32,000 nucleotides of DNA, taken from the NCBI RefSeq assembly GCF_003945235.1, contig NZ_RSDW01000001.1, positions 5,730,001 to 5,762,000 on the forward strand, in the 5' to 3' direction. Below are positions 17,345-26,222 of the stretch, one piece after another (the stretch's first letter is position 1; every line of letters starts with the position of its first letter). This DNA comes from Edaphobacter aggregans (GTDB taxonomy: Bacteria; Acidobacteriota; Terriglobia; Terriglobales; Acidobacteriaceae). A program made the translations under genes and the position numbers. The notes beneath the pieces are model-generated. The model was not told the origin of the DNA, made no database searches, and saw nothing but the letters and a program-made list of their open reading frames with translations.

Positions 17345-18475
17345 ATGAAGTCGTTCGATATTGTCGTTGTGGGCGCGGGAATTGTAGGGTGCGCGGTTGC
17401 GCGGGAGCTATCACGGGCAGGCATGCGTGTGGGCATCGTCGAAGGAGGTGCGCATAGGGGTGCGACGGCGGCGGGCATGGGCCATGTGGTAGTGATGGAC
17501 GATTCTCCAGCGCAGCTTGTATTAACGCAATACTCATGTTCGCTATGGCGAAAAGAAGCTGATCATCTGCCGGTAGCGGTTGAGTATGAGGGTTTCGGCA
17601 CAATCTGGATAGCTGCCAATGATGAGGAGATGGAGGAGGTTCACGCGAAGCATGCGATCTATGCGCAGACCGGAGTTGTGAGCGCGGTTTTAAACGCTGC
17701 CGAATTAGTCATGGCTGAACCGAATCTTCGCAAGGACCTTGCTGGTGGACTGCTTGTGCCGCATGATGCAGTGATCTATCCTCCGGCGGCAGCAGAATTT
17801 TTTCTCTCGGAAGCTCAGCGCTTGGGAGCGGCGCTCTTTCGTTCAAGAGCGGTGCAAGCCTCGCACGGCGAGGTAAGTCTGGAAGACGGAACGTTGTTGC
17901 AGGCTGAACGTATCGTGCTTGCTACGGGTACGGAGTGTGATCTGCTATCGGCACTCCCATTACAAAAGCGAAAGGGACACTTGGCGATTACGGATCGCTA
18001 TCCTGGATTTCTGTGTCATCAGCTGGTCGAACTAGGCTACCTGAAGAGCGCACACAAATTAGTCGCCGACTCAGTGGCCTTCAATATTCAGCCTCGGCAG
18101 ACAGGGCAGTTGCTAATAGGGTCGTCGCGGCAGTATGGAGACGATGATCCTGGAGTAGATGCGGCCATTCTGCGCCAGATGCTAGAGCGCGCCGTGAGCT
18201 ATATGCCTGCATTGGCAGGGATGTCGGTTCTGCGTGTGTGGACTGGGTTTCGCGCTGCGACCCTGGACAAATTGCCGCTGATTGGACCGGCGGCAGGACT
18301 CTCGGATGATACGTCCTTGTGGCTGGCAGCGGGGTTTGAGGGGCTAGGAATCACGAATGCTCTTGGAGCCGCGCGGCTGCTGCTGGACGGGTTGTTGAAC
18401 CGCACCCCTGAAATTGACGCTGGCCCCTATTTGCCCGCAAGGATGGTTAACAGGATGGAGATCGCCCGTGCCTGA
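17345..18475 (+). CDS. FAD-dependent oxidoreductase (DAO family), D-hydroxyproline dehydrogenase beta-subunit-like
   Basis: The ATG at 17345 lies 1 nt after the epimerase TGA. The N-terminus MKSFDIVVVGAGIVGCAVARELS carries a GxGxxG FAD fold. The size (376 aa) and operon context match the catalytic subunit of heteromeric D-Hyp dehydrogenase / HcnC-like enzymes. Confidence 0.8.
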   Translation: MKSFDIVVVGAGIVGCAVARELSRAGMRVGIVEGGAHRGATAAGMGHVVVMDDSPAQLVLTQYSCSLWRKEADHLPVAVEYEGFGTIWIAANDEEMEEVHAKHAIYAQTGVVSAVLNAAELVMAEPNLRKDLAGGLLVPHDAVIYPPAAAEFFLSEAQRLGAALFRSRAVQASHGEVSLEDGTLLQAERIVLATGTECDLLSALPLQKRKGHLAITDRYPGFLCHQLVELGYLKSAHKLVADSVAFNIQPRQTGQLLIGSSRQYGDDDPGVDAAILRQMLERAVSYMPALAGMSVLRVWTGFRAATLDKLPLIGPAAGLSDDTSLWLAAGFEGLGITNALGAARLLLDGLLNRTPEIDAGPYLPARMVNRMEIARA

Positions 18476-18713
18476 GAGGGTGACTGTAACGATCAATGGC
18501 AGGCTTTTAGAGGTGGTCGCAGGGACAGTTGTCTCGGCTGCAATGCTGCAAGCAGGGGAACCTTGCCGCATTTCGGTTTCGGGGGAGCCGAGAACTGCTA
18601 TGTGCGGAATGGGAATCTGTTTTGAATGCCGTGCAGTGGTAAATGGCGTGGCGCATCGCCGAACATGCCAGTTTGTATGCGCGGATGGCCTGAGGGTGGA
18701 GACGATGCGGTGA
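18468..18713 (+). CDS. Small [2Fe-2S]-binding subunit (HcnA-like) of the dehydrogenase
   Basis: The GTG at 18468 overlaps the upstream stop (GTGCCTGA). The sequence is VPERVTVTINGRLLEVVAGTVVSAAMLQAG..TAMCGMGICFECRAVVNGVAHRRTC. The start choice is inferred. The track ORF begins at 18414. Confidence 0.7.
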   Translation: MPERVTVTINGRLLEVVAGTVVSAAMLQAGEPCRISVSGEPRTAMCGMGICFECRAVVNGVAHRRTCQFVCADGLRVETMR

Positions 18714-20005
18714 AAGAGGCAGAGGTGCTTGTTGTTGGTGCCGGGCCGGCCGGCATCGCAGCGGCTATCGCAGCGGCAGAGCACGGTCTGCGAACGATCG
18801 TGCTGGATGACAATCCGATGGCGGGCGGACAGATTTGGCGCGCCGGGGTTCGTACGAAAAATCACAAGAGGACAGCTAAATATCGCGCCTTGGATCGTCT
18901 GGCACGTTCGGGGGCTGAATTGTTATGCGGCTATCGGGTCTTTGACTCTGGGGGCGCCACGGCCATACAAGCCGTTAGCGATGTCGGCAGGGAAGTATTA
19001 GTTGCCTGCTTCCAATATAAACAACTCATCCTCGCGACTGGTGCGCGTGAGCGGTTTCTGCCTTTTCCAGGGTGGACACTACCGGGTGTGTTTGGCGCGG
19101 GCGGCTTAGAGGCGCTGGTGCGGGGTGGATATTTGATCGATGGCAAGCGAGTAGTTGTAGCAGGGACGGGACCGTTATTGCTGGCAGTTGCTGCACATCT
19201 TGTGGAATTTGGAGCCAGGGTTGTGTATGTAGCAGAGCAGGCCCCAATCATAAAACTTGCTCCCTTCACTGTGTCGCTTTGGAAGCAACCTGCGAAGATT
19301 CTCCAAGGAGCACACTATTGGGCCTCTCTTTGGAGAACGCCGTATCGTACCGGATGCTGGCCGAGCGAAGCATTGCCGAGCAAGGACGGCAAGGAACTCC
19401 GAGCAGTGCGTCTGACCGACGGCAAACGCACATGGGATGAGCCATGCGATCTGCTGGCATGCGGATTTCACCTGGTCCCGAATACGGAGCTTGCTGTCCT
19501 GCTGGGGTGTGCATTTCAAGGTGAATTTGTACAAGTGGACACGCAACAGCGCACTTCTTTGCCAAGGGTATTCTGTGTAGGCGAACCGACGGGGATAGCG
19601 GGAATAGACTCAGCGCTGGTCCAGGGAGAGATTGCCGGGCTCGCTTGCGCCGGTAAGTCGACAAAGCATCTGCAACAACGTGCGGAGGCTGAGCGCGCGT
19701 TCGGCCAGCAGCTTGCAAAGGCATTCACGCTGCGGCAGGAGTTGCGTACGCTTGCGACCCCTGAGACCGTGGTATGCCGATGCGAAGATGTTCCTATGAG
19801 TAAGCTCAACGGGCTGACAGGATGGACTCATGCAAAGCTGCAGACGCGTTGTGGCATGGGGTCTTGCCAGGGGCGCATCTGCGGCCCGGCTTTGGAATCG
19901 CTATTCGGCTGGAAACTTGTCTCGGTGCGACCACCTTTATTTCCAGTGCCGGTGCATGCGCTATGTTCAACAGAATCTCATAAAAACTCCGGGAGAGATG
20001 CATGA
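18710..20005 (+). CDS. FAD/NAD(P)-binding oxidoreductase subunit with C-terminal BFD-like [2Fe-2S] domain (HcnB-like) of the dehydrogenase
   Basis: GTG at 18710 forms a GTGA overlap with the upstream stop. The N-terminus is VKEAEVLVVGAGPAGIAAAIAAAEHG, followed by a second Rossmann motif KRVVVAGTGPLLLAVAAHL. The BFD-like motif is VVCRCEDV..LKLQTRCGMGSCQGRICG. The track ORF starts earlier (18626) inside the previous gene. Confidence 0.8.
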   Translation: MKEAEVLVVGAGPAGIAAAIAAAEHGLRTIVLDDNPMAGGQIWRAGVRTKNHKRTAKYRALDRLARSGAELLCGYRVFDSGGATAIQAVSDVGREVLVACFQYKQLILATGARERFLPFPGWTLPGVFGAGGLEALVRGGYLIDGKRVVVAGTGPLLLAVAAHLVEFGARVVYVAEQAPIIKLAPFTVSLWKQPAKILQGAHYWASLWRTPYRTGCWPSEALPSKDGKELRAVRLTDGKRTWDEPCDLLACGFHLVPNTELAVLLGCAFQGEFVQVDTQQRTSLPRVFCVGEPTGIAGIDSALVQGEIAGLACAGKSTKHLQQRAEAERAFGQQLAKAFTLRQELRTLATPETVVCRCEDVPMSKLNGLTGWTHAKLQTRCGMGSCQGRICGPALESLFGWKLVSVRPPLFPVPVHALCSTESHKNSGRDA

Positions 20006-20925
20006 ATTGGTCTGGCGTGATGCCTGCGATGACAACCGCTTTCAATGCTGACATGAAGGTCGATCTTGACTTTCTGGCGCAACACGCTGCATGGCTACTA
20101 GGTAATGGGTGTACTGGCTTGGTAATGTTGGGTTCGCTTGGCGAAGGAGCCACACTGGAGTTTGATGAGAAGGTCGGGATTCTAAAGACGGCTGTGCGTG
20201 TTGCAGGCAAGGCCCCAGTCATAGCGGCAGTCTCAGCGTTGTCTACTGACACTGCAGTGAGGCTGGCAAAGGAGGCGGAGCAGATGGGTTGCTCTGGCCT
20301 GATGGTTCTGCCGCCCTATGTCTATCCTTCTGACTGGAGGGAGATGAAACATCATATCTCTGCCGTGATTGGCGCGACGAAGCTGGACTGCATGCTCTAT
20401 AACAATCCGATCGCCTACACGACAGACTTTCTTCCAAAGGAAATCGCCGAGTTGGCTGAGGAGCACAGCAACCTGGAAGCGGTAAAGGAGTCGAGCGCGG
20501 ATGTACGGCGCATCTCGGCGATCCGAGAAATGTTGGGTGACCGGCTGCGAATCTTCATAGGCGTCGACGATATGTTGGTGGAAGGCGTGCGGGCTGGAGC
20601 CGTGGGCTGGGTCGCCGGCCTGGTGAATGCCTTCCCATATGAGTCGGTTAAGCTGTTCGATCTGGCGAAGGCAGGCAAAGACGATGAGGCCTTCGAACTG
20701 TGCCAATGGTTCCTGCCGCTGCTGCGGATGGACACCGTACTGAAGTTCGTTCAACTTATCAAGTGGGTGCAGGAGGAAATGGGACGGGGTTTTGGACGCG
20801 TGCGCTCTCCACGAATGGAGCTTGCCGGCAACGATCTGGAAGAGGCAAAGGCCATCCTGGCAAAGGCGAAAGCGACACGGCCTCGGCATCACGAAAGGCC
20901 GCTTGCGGAGTTCGCTGGAGTGTAA
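20002..20925 (+). CDS. DapA/DHDPS-family lyase, likely 1-pyrroline-4-hydroxy-2-carboxylate deaminase
   Basis: ATGA overlap with the upstream stop. The 307-aa sequence has GVMPAMTTAF, GCTGLVMLGSLGEGATL, MVLPPYVY, LYNNP and VKESS (Schiff-base lysine context). The operon context with the Hyp epimerase and dehydrogenase supports the call. Confidence 0.8.
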   Translation: MNWSGVMPAMTTAFNADMKVDLDFLAQHAAWLLGNGCTGLVMLGSLGEGATLEFDEKVGILKTAVRVAGKAPVIAAVSALSTDTAVRLAKEAEQMGCSGLMVLPPYVYPSDWREMKHHISAVIGATKLDCMLYNNPIAYTTDFLPKEIAELAEEHSNLEAVKESSADVRRISAIREMLGDRLRIFIGVDDMLVEGVRAGAVGWVAGLVNAFPYESVKLFDLAKAGKDDEAFELCQWFLPLLRMDTVLKFVQLIKWVQEEMGRGFGRVRSPRMELAGNDLEEAKAILAKAKATRPRHHERPLAEFAGV

Positions 20926-20940
20926 GATTCTTGATCGCAG

Positions 20941-20956
20941 AAAGCTGCGTAGCTTT
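20941..20956. terminator. Short hairpin between convergent genes (possible bidirectional terminator)
   Basis: AAAGCT-gcgt-AGCTTT lies in the 40-bp gap between the deaminase stop (20925) and the permease stop (20966). The stem is only 6 bp and the U-tract is weak. Confidence 0.3.
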
Positions 20957-20965
20957 TGGGTTGCT

Positions 20966-22465
20966 CTATGCCTCTGCTCCGTTTCGCCGTCGCAGCAGAA
21001 AGTAAATCGGGACACCGCTGAGAACGATGATGAGGCCGGGCCACGTGGTCGCAATGCGAAAGGCGAAGAGGATGACAAGAATGATTGTGGCCCCTGCCAT
21101 GTAGAGTGCGGGAAGCCAGGGGTATCCCCAGCAGCGATAGGGCCGCGATGCGTTGGGCCGCTTACTGCGCAGGCGGAAGATTCCCGCTACTGTGAGAATG
21201 TAGAAGATCAGCGCTGCGGAGATGACGTAGTCGAGCAGGTTGCTGTAGAGATTGCCGTAGGTATTTGTGACAGCATTGTGTGTGCGTGGCAGCACCAGCA
21301 CAAGAGACCATATGCATTGGAGCACGAGCGCCCATCCGGGCACCCTGGCGCGGTTCAGGACACTTGCACGACGAAAGAAGAGTCCGTCTTGCGCCATGGC
21401 GTAGCAGGCGCGGCCTCCAGCGAGGGTGAGAGCATTCACAGTACCGAACGTGGAGACCATGATAAGAATCGCCATGGCCAGCGTGCCAATCCCAGGGAGC
21501 ACCGTGTTTACAGCAAGTGTAGCGACACGATCTCCGGGCGCGGTTTGGATCGCGGACACAGATATGACCGCAAGATAGCTGAGATTGCAGAGCAGATAGA
21601 GTGCGATGACCATTGAGGTGCCTAGTCCAAGCGCAAGGGGAAGATTGCGTTGAGGGTTGCGGACTTCGCCTGCGATAAATGTAATGTCGTGCCAGGAGTC
21701 CGCGGAGAAGAGTGACCCGGTTTGAGAGACACACAGTGCGACCAACATGCCGAAGGCCGTAGTAGCGTCGACGTTAGCGATGCGCGTGACGTTCACCGGA
21801 TGCCACATATTGGTAAAGTTTGTATGGAAAACCGAGGGATTACGGAGGAAGGTGAAGGCTCCGATGGCGAGCAGTGCTACCACTCCCGTCAGCTTGGCAA
21901 CGGTGAAGATGTTCTGAACCAGCTTGCCCCACTCGACGCCGCGGCAGTTGATGGCAGTGACGACGACTATGATAACGAGGCCGAGCGCCTGCGCAGTGGA
22001 TAGCGACAGTGCATAGCCAGAAAGAATGTTGATGGGAGCGATAATATAGCGGTCTTCGCTGATACCGGGAAAGAGCGCCCCGGCGAAGCGGGCGAAAGCG
22101 ATAGAAACAGCCGCAATTGTTCCGGTCTGGATGACGGTCAATAACGTCCAGCCGTACAGAAAACCAAGAATCGGCGAGAAGGCCTCACGCAGGTAGATGT
22201 ACATACCGCCGGCTGTAGGCATCATGGCGGCGAGTTCTCCAAAGCTGAGCGCTCCGGCGACTGTGAGCAAGCCGGTGATGCTCCACACAACAAGGAGCCA
22301 GCCGGCAGAGCCGACCTGGCGTGCAATCTCAGCGCTGACAATGAAGATTCCAGAGCCGACCATCACGCCGGCAACCACCATAACGGAGTCGAAAAGACTG
22401 AGGGCCTTGCGAAACTCCTGTTGTTCAACCGTGGTTGAAGGAGCCGCCGTTGCTCCGCTTTCCAT
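20966..22465 (-). CDS. APC-superfamily amino-acid permease
   Basis: Uninterrupted 499-aa ORF, about 12 hydrophobic segments. The N-terminal motif SLFDSVMVVAGVMVGSGIFIVSAEIA..GALSFGELAAMMPTAGGMYIYLREAF is typical of APC/LAT-type transporters. Confidence 0.9.
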   Translation of the reverse strand: MESGATAAPSTTVEQQEFRKALSLFDSVMVVAGVMVGSGIFIVSAEIARQVGSAGWLLVVWSITGLLTVAGALSFGELAAMMPTAGGMYIYLREAFSPILGFLYGWTLLTVIQTGTIAAVSIAFARFAGALFPGISEDRYIIAPINILSGYALSLSTAQALGLVIIVVVTAINCRGVEWGKLVQNIFTVAKLTGVVALLAIGAFTFLRNPSVFHTNFTNMWHPVNVTRIANVDATTAFGMLVALCVSQTGSLFSADSWHDITFIAGEVRNPQRNLPLALGLGTSMVIALYLLCNLSYLAVISVSAIQTAPGDRVATLAVNTVLPGIGTLAMAILIMVSTFGTVNALTLAGGRACYAMAQDGLFFRRASVLNRARVPGWALVLQCIWSLVLVLPRTHNAVTNTYGNLYSNLLDYVISAALIFYILTVAGIFRLRSKRPNASRPYRCWGYPWLPALYMAGATIILVILFAFRIATTWPGLIIVLSGVPIYFLLRRRNGAEA

Positions 22466-22691
22466 AGGCTATATCTCCATTTTGAATCGGCGGGGCGGAG
22501 AGGACGGCAACTCCGCTACCAGTTCGTTGATTCGATCCGGAGCTAAGCGACGCTGTCGCCGTGGACATAGACGGAGTAGCGCTCATCCATGATCTGAGAA
22601 AGCGGAACAAGTGTAGGGGCCGCTGTGGGAAGAGTTATACAGGACGAATTTAGATGTGTATACCAATAAGTATTTGTATAAGCTCACTGCA

Positions 22692-22715
22692 CGTCACTTC
22701 TTCAAATAAGTGACG
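22692..22715. promoter_or_regulatory. Inverted repeat in the AT-rich divergent promoter region between the permease and the GH31 pseudogene
   Basis: CGTCACTT-cttcaaat-AAGTGACG has 8-bp perfect arms. It is embedded in the most AT-rich stretch of the 22466-22767 intergenic region. The function is not established. Confidence 0.25.
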
Positions 22716-22767
22716 ACCCTCAAAATTGCAAATGCTGGGGAGCCGATTCGGTGAAGGGATCTGTCAA

Positions 22768-24979
22768 ATGAACGAGACTTTCACACGTAGGGACCTGTTG
22801 GCGAACGCAGGGGGTGCCTTTCTAGGGGTGCTGTTTCGAGAACGTTTTTATACTCCCAGGCCCGTCTTCAGATGCCGAAAGACCCTGTTGGCATGGAATT
22901 GACAATAACGGCAGTTACCTCACACACGTTGCGCATATCCATCGCTGCCGTCAGCGAGGTTCTGGATCATTACTCCAACGACGGAAGCATCGCGCCGCGT
23001 ACCTTTCCAAAGGGGCTACTCACACAACGGACAGACTCAGGCGATCGCGAGATCATGTGGGCGCGTACAAGCTCTGGATCACAGCGAAACCGTTGCGGAT
23101 TACTGTCGAGGATCGTATGCCCCGCATCCTTCAGGAACTGACGTTTCGCCCGGAGATCAATCAGATCGACTTCAGCTATGGCTGTGTGCCCGTCTATGGA
23201 CTTGGACCGGGATCGCACCCACTAGATCGCCGAGGCAGTAAAGACATGATGCACAATGGTGCGGGAGATAACCTGCGCGTCTTTGGTGCGCGGAATCCCA
23301 TCCCGTGGCTGATGGGTAAGAATTGGGGACTGTACTTTCATGAGCCAGTCGGCATCTTCGACCTGACCGGAGATATCGGCGTCTTCCATCCGAGTGACGT
23401 GGCGCGCGGGCAGGATCTCTTTCTTGTCATAGCCGACACACCGACTGAGTTGCTGCGTCAATATGCGGAAATTACAGGGTATCCGCATCTGCCCGCTAAG
23501 TGGACATTGGGCTATCAGCAATCGCATCGAACCCTCGATAGTAGAGAGCAGATCATAGAGGAGGCAAAGACATTCCGTCAGAAGCGGCTGCCGTGCGACA
23601 CGATGATTTACCTCGGCACGGGCTTTTGTCCCTCGGGGTGGAACACGGGGCATGGATCATTCGTTTTCAACGAAAGCATGTTTCCCGATCCCGAAAAGGT
23701 AGTCAGTGAGCTTCATGATTTGCTCTTCAATGTTGTTCTCCACTTGGTCAACCCTCCAGAGAACCTGCATGGTGAAGTTTCCGATAAAAGAGCTGCCGTT
23801 GCCGTACCCGGAGACGCGGCAAATTACTGGGCGCAGCATGTTCCACTGGTGCAGATGGGCATTGATGGATGGTGGCCCGACGAAGGCGACGTGCTGCCTG
23901 TTGCATCGCGCCTGGTGCGCAATCGCATGTATTGGGAAGGAGGGCGCCGATCGAGGCCGGACCGCCGACCCTTTGCCTTGCATCGCAACTGCTATGCGGG
24001 CATCCAGCGCTGGGGGTGGCTGTGGTCGGGCGATACCTTTTCGACATGGAAGACGCTCGAAACACAGATCATGATGGGCATCAACGCAGGGCTCAACGGA
24101 GTTCCGTATTGGGAAACGGACATCGGCGGTTTTGTACCGACAAAGGAATTCACTGCCGAACTCTTTGTGCGCTGGGTTCAATTCGGAGCGTTCTGTCCGT
24201 CGTTTCGTTGCCACGGCAGAACATGGCAACTGCGAAGACCATGGGGATGGAACACCGGAAGCTATGGCCCCTCGGAGATGGGTGCAAACGCGACTTCGGT
24301 TCTCCCAACCGAGGCCGAATTGCACAACACCGCCGTAGAGCCAATCTGCCGCAAGTTCCTTGAGACACGTTACAGGCTCCTTCCCTATCTCTATGCCGCG
24401 GCGTGGGAAACCTACACGACGGATATTCCACTGATTCGTAGTATTGGCCTCGAATTCCCGGAAGATGAAAAAGCGTGGGCGACCGTCGATGCGTATCTCT
24501 TCGGGCCCAGTCTGCTAGTCGCGCCCGTCTTTGAGAAGGAAGCCACGGAGCGCCAGGTATACCTCCCTGCAGGTAGATGGTGAAACTTTTGGACGGGCGA
24601 GTCCATCCAGGGTGGTGCCGCGGTCTCAGTATCAGCCGTCCTCGACAGCATGCCGGTCTTTGTGCGCGCCGGAACCGTTCTACCCACCGGCCCAGTAAAG
24701 CAATACACCTATGAACCCACGACAGAACCGGTCAAACTAACCATATATCCGGGTGCGAACGGCCAATTTGCGTTTTACGATGACGATGGTCTTACCTTCG
24801 CCTATGAACACGGAAATTTCTCAATTGTTGAGTTCGACTGGAACGATGAATCGAAGGTGCTGAGTCTCACGCATAGAGAACCTTTGCATGCTCAGACGAA
24901 GGAATTCGTCGTAGAGGTCGTAGGGGAAGTGCCGCAAAGGATCAGCCTACGAAGCATGTCGAAGAAGGTGAAGTTCTGA
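22768..24979 (+). pseudogene. GH31-family glycoside hydrolase pseudogene (two N-terminal frameshifts plus in-frame TGA)
   Basis: Frame 1, 22768-22902: MNETFTRRDLLANAGGAFLG (Tat-like signal). Frame 2, 22872-23141: GMELTITAVTSHTLRISIA. Frame 3, 23057-24583: GIDGWWPDEGD, FALHRNCYAGIQRWGWLWSGDTFSTW, GVPYWETDIGGF, FRCHG. An in-frame TGA at 24581-24583 lies inside YLPAGRW*NFWTGE. The same frame then continues to 24979 (..MPVFVRAGTVLP..). Confidence 0.85.
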
Positions 24980-25122
24980 AAAATTCAGCTGGATGCCCGT
25001 CATCGAAAAGTTAGCGTGCTTCGGGAAGCCTTCATTCGAGCCCAGTCACAAAATAAAGACGCGGCAGTCGTTTGCAGAGAACAGCCGCCGCATCTTCACT
25101 CGTGAAAAAAGAGAACGAAGAA

Positions 25123-26106
25123 CTAAAAACTCTCCCCAACCATTTCCTCGCTCTTCTTCCAAAGTGCCTCGGCATTCGCGGGATCCAACGCATACGCGCG
25201 CACACCTTCACTGATCACAGTGACCGGCACATCGTCGGCGACGACAATGCCAACGTGGCAGTTCTCACAGTACTGGGCACCAACCTCGTCGCCGCTGGCA
25301 ACCACACCGGCCCACACTGAAGTCGCCGCACCCTGCGGAACCGTCTTCCACTGGAAAGGCCCTTTGCCCTGTTCTGCAAGCTGCCTGTTGATATCTGCGA
25401 GCAGCTTCTCGATTCGGCCGGGCTCGGAATAACGTCCCAACTCCGTCTGAATCCCTCCCGGATGCACCGCCGTAGCTCGCACTCCGCGTCCGCGATGCCG
25501 CTTGTCGAACGCAACCGCAAACAAGATGTTTGCCGTCTTCGATCGACCATAAGCAACAAACGGCTCATAAGGAGTCTTCTCGAAGTTCGGATCATCCAGG
25601 TCCACATTCGAGTAGCGATGTCCAGCGGAAGAGAGATTCACCAGCCTCCCGCCATCCCGAATTAACGGAGCAATCCGATTCACAAACACAAAGTGCCCCA
25701 GATGGTTTGTGCCAAACTGCGTCTCAAAACCATCCACCGTGTGCCCAAACGGAGTCGCCATCAAACCCGCATTCGCAATCACTACATCAAACAGCTCGCC
25801 CTTCGTAATCAGCTTGTCCGCAGCAGCACGAACACTCTTCAAATCCCCGAGATCAAGCTCGATTAGCTCGAACCCTCCGTCATTCGCAGCAGCATCTTTG
25901 CGCACCTGCTCAGTCGCACCTTCGGCCTTGATGAGATCGCGCGCCGCGCCCATAACATACGCGCCATGCGCCACCAAGGACCGTGCCGTTTCCACACCAA
26001 GTCCGGCCGAAACGCCAGTCACAAGAATCCGCTTGCCCTTCAGATTCACACCCGACAGAACATCTTCCGTTGTCGAAGTCGCACCAAATGTACTCGTCGT
26101 CATCAT
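25123..26106 (-). CDS. Short-chain dehydrogenase/reductase (retinol-dehydrogenase/WWOX-like subgroup)
   Basis: The likely start is ATGATG at 26106, preceded by AAGGAAG. The motifs are KRILVTGVSAGLGVETARSL, NAGLMATP, and SSAGHR..YGRSKTANILF (catalytic YxxxK). The track ORF (start 26211) adds an improbable 35-aa leader. Confidence 0.85.
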   Translation of the reverse strand: MMTTSTFGATSTTEDVLSGVNLKGKRILVTGVSAGLGVETARSLVAHGAYVMGAARDLIKAEGATEQVRKDAAANDGGFELIELDLGDLKSVRAAADKLITKGELFDVVIANAGLMATPFGHTVDGFETQFGTNHLGHFVFVNRIAPLIRDGGRLVNLSSAGHRYSNVDLDDPNFEKTPYEPFVAYGRSKTANILFAVAFDKRHRGRGVRATAVHPGGIQTELGRYSEPGRIEKLLADINRQLAEQGKGPFQWKTVPQGAATSVWAGVVASGDEVGAQYCENCHVGIVVADDVPVTVISEGVRAYALDPANAEALWKKSEEMVGESF

Positions 26107-26155
26107 TTCTTCCTTCGTATCGCCTCTCATCTTTATGAGAATGGCGATTACAATA

Positions 26156-26207
26156 AACCGGAGAGTGTCTCCGTAATTGAATAGATAACTGGAGACACTC
26201 TCCGGTT
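26156..26207. promoter_or_regulatory. Perfect 17-bp inverted repeat (candidate TetR operator pair) in the SDR/TetR divergent intergenic region
   Basis: AACCGGAGAGTGTCTCC (26156-26172) and GGAGACACTCTCCGGTT (26191-26207) are separated by an 18-nt AT-rich spacer. The left arm contains its own palindrome CGGAGA-GTG-TCTCCG. The right arm contains GGAGA-CAC-TCTCC. Confidence 0.55.
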
Positions 26208-26222
26208 GCAAATTTCTTTTTC

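Noticed and set aside
20233-21616. ORFs 20233-21078 (minus, 281 aa) and 20792-21616 (plus, 274 aa) overlapping the deaminase and permease genes
   Set aside because: These are antisense or alternative-frame shadows of two strongly supported genes, and their translations have no family resemblance.
22466-22600. Possible riboswitch or leader upstream of the amino-acid permease (GCGGAG..CTCCGC hairpin)
   Set aside because: I could recognise no match to any riboswitch consensus (for example glycine, lysine or SAM). It has only a 6-bp stem, and no terminator or anti-terminator alternative is visible.
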